Source: Phyllobates terribilis
Taxonomy: Eukaryota
Reading direction: 5' to 3'
Assembly (NCBI RefSeq): GCF_046119375.1
Contig: NW_027362769.1
Location: 57,908,001 to 57,972,000, forward strand
DNA length: 64,000 nucleotides
The notes under the pieces were generated by a model. The model ran no database searches. It had not been told where the DNA came from and worked only from the letters and a program-made list of their open reading frames with translations. Both the position numbers and the translations under genes were made by a program. This document shows positions 61,480 to 64,000 of this stretch, one piece after another (within the stretch, counting starts at the first letter, position 1; the number at the start of each line of letters is the position of its first letter).

Positions 61480-64000
61480 ATGAGTGGAAAAAGGCCTGCT
61501 GCTGGTGGAAAGGGGAATAGGCGTGTTGGGAAGGGGAAAAAAGGTAGTGTCCGTGGGGTAGGTGTTAAAGCAACAGTAACATCTGCAGAAGAAAGACCAT
61601 CTTCCAGCCAAACTAAAATGTCTACTTCTTTTAGCGGACAATGTGATAAGATCCCTTTCTTACGGCCACGCCAATCGCTACAAATTCCAGATGAGGCACA
61701 AAAACAGCAGGTGCTTCAACGGATATCAAGTGCTCCTTTAAGTGGGCTCTCCTCCACATCAACTTCAACATCACAAATACTCCAGTTCTCAAAGGTGTCA
61801 CCCCAATCGCACTTGCTTCCTCACAGCTCCCAAATCTCCAGCTGCCCGTCTGTGTATGAGGTAGAACAGATGGTTGAATCTGCAGAGCTGTTTACTCATA
61901 CTATAGCCTGGGAATCAGAGGTCGACTCCAGCGCTTCTGTGAATCCAGACGAGGAAATGATCTGCACTGATGCCCAGAATCTTTATGAGTCGGATCCAGG
62001 ACCAGACACAGAAGGTTCTGACCATAATGTAGACCCTCATTCCCAAACTGTAACTCCTGTTGGTGGAGACAATGAGGAAGACGATGATGAGACTCATATA
62101 CCTGATTGGAGCGACAACTTTAGTTTTTTGTCAGGGCAGGAACAGGTTGGCTCTGAGGACGACGGGTGTGATAACGCACAGGGTGATGATGATGAGGTTG
62201 GAGATCCCACTTACTGTCAACCCACAGTCAGCCAAGAGATGAGGTCAGCAGAGGAGGTGGAGGAACATGCTAGTGACGACGAGGTCAGGTTGCGCCTTCC
62301 TGGACAGAGACGTAGTACTGGAAGCACGTCAACAACTGCATCCTCAAACACAACTCTGCCTCTCACCACAAGTCGTGGTGGCTCTTCAGGTCGCATGGGT
62401 GCTAAGCCTTGCATAGCCTGGGCATTTTTTCAGATCGATAAAGATGACCCAACTCGTGTTATCTGTAACATTTGTCAGCAAAAGCTAAGTAGAGGCCAAA
62501 AAATACATAGTTTGAGTACTTCATGCATGAACTGGCACATGGACATGAAGCATAAGTTGCAGTGGGAAGCTCAGTGTGCTACAATGCGGCCTAGCCGGCC
62601 GGGCCAACCACCGTCTGCCATATCTTGTGCATCCGCGGCCTCTTCATCCTCTGTGACTGGGGGGACAGCAGTCACACCTGTTTTGGGGCGCAGACCTGCC
62701 ACCTCTTTACCCGCAACAGCCAGCGTGATTGGCAGGTCATCATTTTCTTTGGAGATGGTAACACCAGCTGGTGTTGAGCGCTGTCCGACATCGATAGCAC
62801 CACCTTTGGATCAAGGCAACCTAACATGTCCGCCTGCATATTCCTCACAGACCGGCAGTTTGCCGGGGACACCCTTATCAACTCCGTCTAAGCACAATAG
62901 CCAGCCCTCGGTCCCTCAGATGTGGACAAGTAAAAGACCATTTCCTCCTAGCCATGAGAAAGCTAAGAGGTTGAATTTCACCATCTGCAAGCTCTTGGCT
63001 ACAGAAATGCTGCCTTTCCGCCTGGTGGACACAGAGGATTTTCGAGACCTTATGTCCGTCGCAGTGCCCCAGTACCAGATGCCCAGTCGGCACTACTTCT
63101 CAAAGAAAGGTGTGCCTGCGCTCCACCAGCATGTCGCACACAACATCACCGCTTCTTTGAGAAACTCTGTGTGTGACAGGGTGCATTTCACCACAGACAC
63201 TTGGACGAGTAGGCATGGACAGGGGCGTTACATGTCGCTGACTGGGCACTGGGTAACTATGGTGACAGCAGGACAAGGGGCTGCTGTCCAAGTCTTGCCG
63301 TCCCCACGAGTTGTGCGTCAATCCTCTTTATGTCAAAGTTCCTCCACTGCTTCTGCCTCCTCAACCTCCTCTCGGTCTTCCACCTGCACCCAAAGCCTGT
63401 CTGGTCATGCCACAAGCTTTCTAACTGCGCAGAAGGGATCCTGCACACCTCCTTACTATGCTGGCAGTAGGGCTCAACGTCATCAGGCGGTTTTTACATT
63501 GAAATGTCTGGGAAATGTGAGTCACACAGCTGAGGAGTTGTGGTCAGCTCTGGAGAACCAATTTCATGAATGGTTGTCTCCACTGGACCTGAAACCAGGG
63601 AAGGCCGTGTGCGACAATGCTGCAAACCTGGGTGCGGCCCTTCGCCGGGGCAATGTCACACACGTGCCTTGTATGGCTCACGTGTTGAACCTGGTTGTCC
63701 AGCAATTTTTAGCCCACTATCCCAGACTAGATGGCCTTCTGCAGAGGGCACGGTCGCTGTGTGCTCACTTCCGCCGTTCGCATCCCGCAGCTCAGCGACT
63801 TACATCTCTACAGAAGTCGTTGGGCCTGCCACTTCACCGGCTAAAATGCGATGTGCCTACCCGGTGGAATTCAACTCTGCACATGTTGCAGCGACTGTGG
63901 CAGCACCGACAAGCCCTGGTGCAATACGTTCTGACGTATAGCCTGGGCCAACGAGATCCAGAGGTGGGGCAAATCACGCTGGAGGAGTGGTCTCAGATCA
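61480..64000 (+). CDS. hAT (Ac/ZBED-like) transposase, 3'-incomplete, no stop in 840 codons
   Basis: Manual translation gives MSGKRPAAGGKG..., a BED finger (WAFF...CNIC...HMDMKH), MLPFRLVD..DFR.LM....PQY.MPSR, FTTDTWTS (D1), AVCDNAAN (D2), CMAHVLNL (CxxH) and PTRWNSTLHML. Confidence 0.93.
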   Translation, partial: MSGKRPAAGGKGNRRVGKGKKGSVRGVGVKATVTSAEERPSSSQTKMSTSFSGQCDKIPFLRPRQSLQIPDEAQKQQVLQRISSAPLSGLSSTSTSTSQILQFSKVSPQSHLLPHSSQISSCPSVYEVEQMVESAELFTHTIAWESEVDSSASVNPDEEMICTDAQNLYESDPGPDTEGSDHNVDPHSQTVTPVGGDNEEDDDETHIPDWSDNFSFLSGQEQVGSEDDGCDNAQGDDDEVGDPTYCQPTVSQEMRSAEEVEEHASDDEVRLRLPGQRRSTGSTSTTASSNTTLPLTTSRGGSSGRMGAKPCIAWAFFQIDKDDPTRVICNICQQKLSRGQKIHSLSTSCMNWHMDMKHKLQWEAQCATMRPSRPGQPPSAISCASAASSSSVTGGTAVTPVLGRRPATSLPATASVIGRSSFSLEMVTPAGVERCPTSIAPPLDQGNLTCPPAYSSQTGSLPGTPLSTPSKHNSQPSVPQMWTSKRPFPPSHEKAKRLNFTICKLLATEMLPFRLVDTEDFRDLMSVAVPQYQMPSRHYFSKKGVPALHQHVAHNITASLRNSVCDRVHFTTDTWTSRHGQGRYMSLTGHWVTMVTAGQGAAVQVLPSPRVVRQSSLCQSSSTASASSTSSRSSTCTQSLSGHATSFLTAQKGSCTPPYYAGSRAQRHQAVFTLKCLGNVSHTAEELWSALENQFHEWLSPLDLKPGKAVCDNAANLGAALRRGNVTHVPCMAHVLNLVVQQFLAHYPRLDGLLQRARSLCAHFRRSHPAAQRLTSLQKSLGLPLHRLKCDVPTRWNSTLHMLQRLWQHRQALVQYVLTYSLGQRDPEVGQITLEEWSQI

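Larger units (their letters stand above)
60240..64000 (+). mobile_element. hAT-superfamily DNA transposon (left part)
   Basis: TAGAGATGAGCG end motif at 60240, TTCGA/CGAAC subterminal motifs, a tandem repeat, then a BED-finger transposase ORF. The right end is outside the window. Confidence 0.85.

Noticed and set aside
39390-64000. C3orf70 exon 1
   Set aside because: No sequence encoding the recalled KLHWCCHLGWCH motif was found on the minus strand. It is presumed to lie beyond the window.

Overview
Vertebrate genomic DNA, most likely a frog. That assignment is inferred from the transposon landscape and a C3orf70 orthologue. There are no prokaryotic features. The only host gene recognised is the terminal coding exon of C3orf70 (minus strand, 38818-39389). 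Exon 1 was not found, so 39390-64000 is probably intron 1. The rest is mostly transposable elements: (i) three adjacent Tc1/mariner families at 4.7-9.0 kb and more Tc1 copies elsewhere; (ii) a solo LTR and a decayed CR1 LINE; (iii) an apparently intact, very young Ty3/Gypsy LTR retrotransposon (16329-24207; 993-bp LTRs, TATT TSD, tRNA-Ser PBS, gag-pol joined by a predicted -1 frameshift and pseudoknot) nested in a Tc1; (iv) a 4.6-kb pile of PIF/Harbinger-type MITEs containing a 775-bp palindrome; (v) a V-SINE; (vi) a 3-kb pogo-like element nested in a TTAA MITE; (vii) a 5.1-kb Penelope-like retroelement with 1.72-kb inverted arms, each carrying a minimal hammerhead-ribozyme motif with a U3-A8 core variant; and (viii) a hAT transposon whose uninterrupted ORF of at least 840 codons (61480 to the window end) is missing from the supplied ORF track because it has no stop in the window. 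All calls come from manual reading and recalled family motifs. No database searches or folding programs were run.
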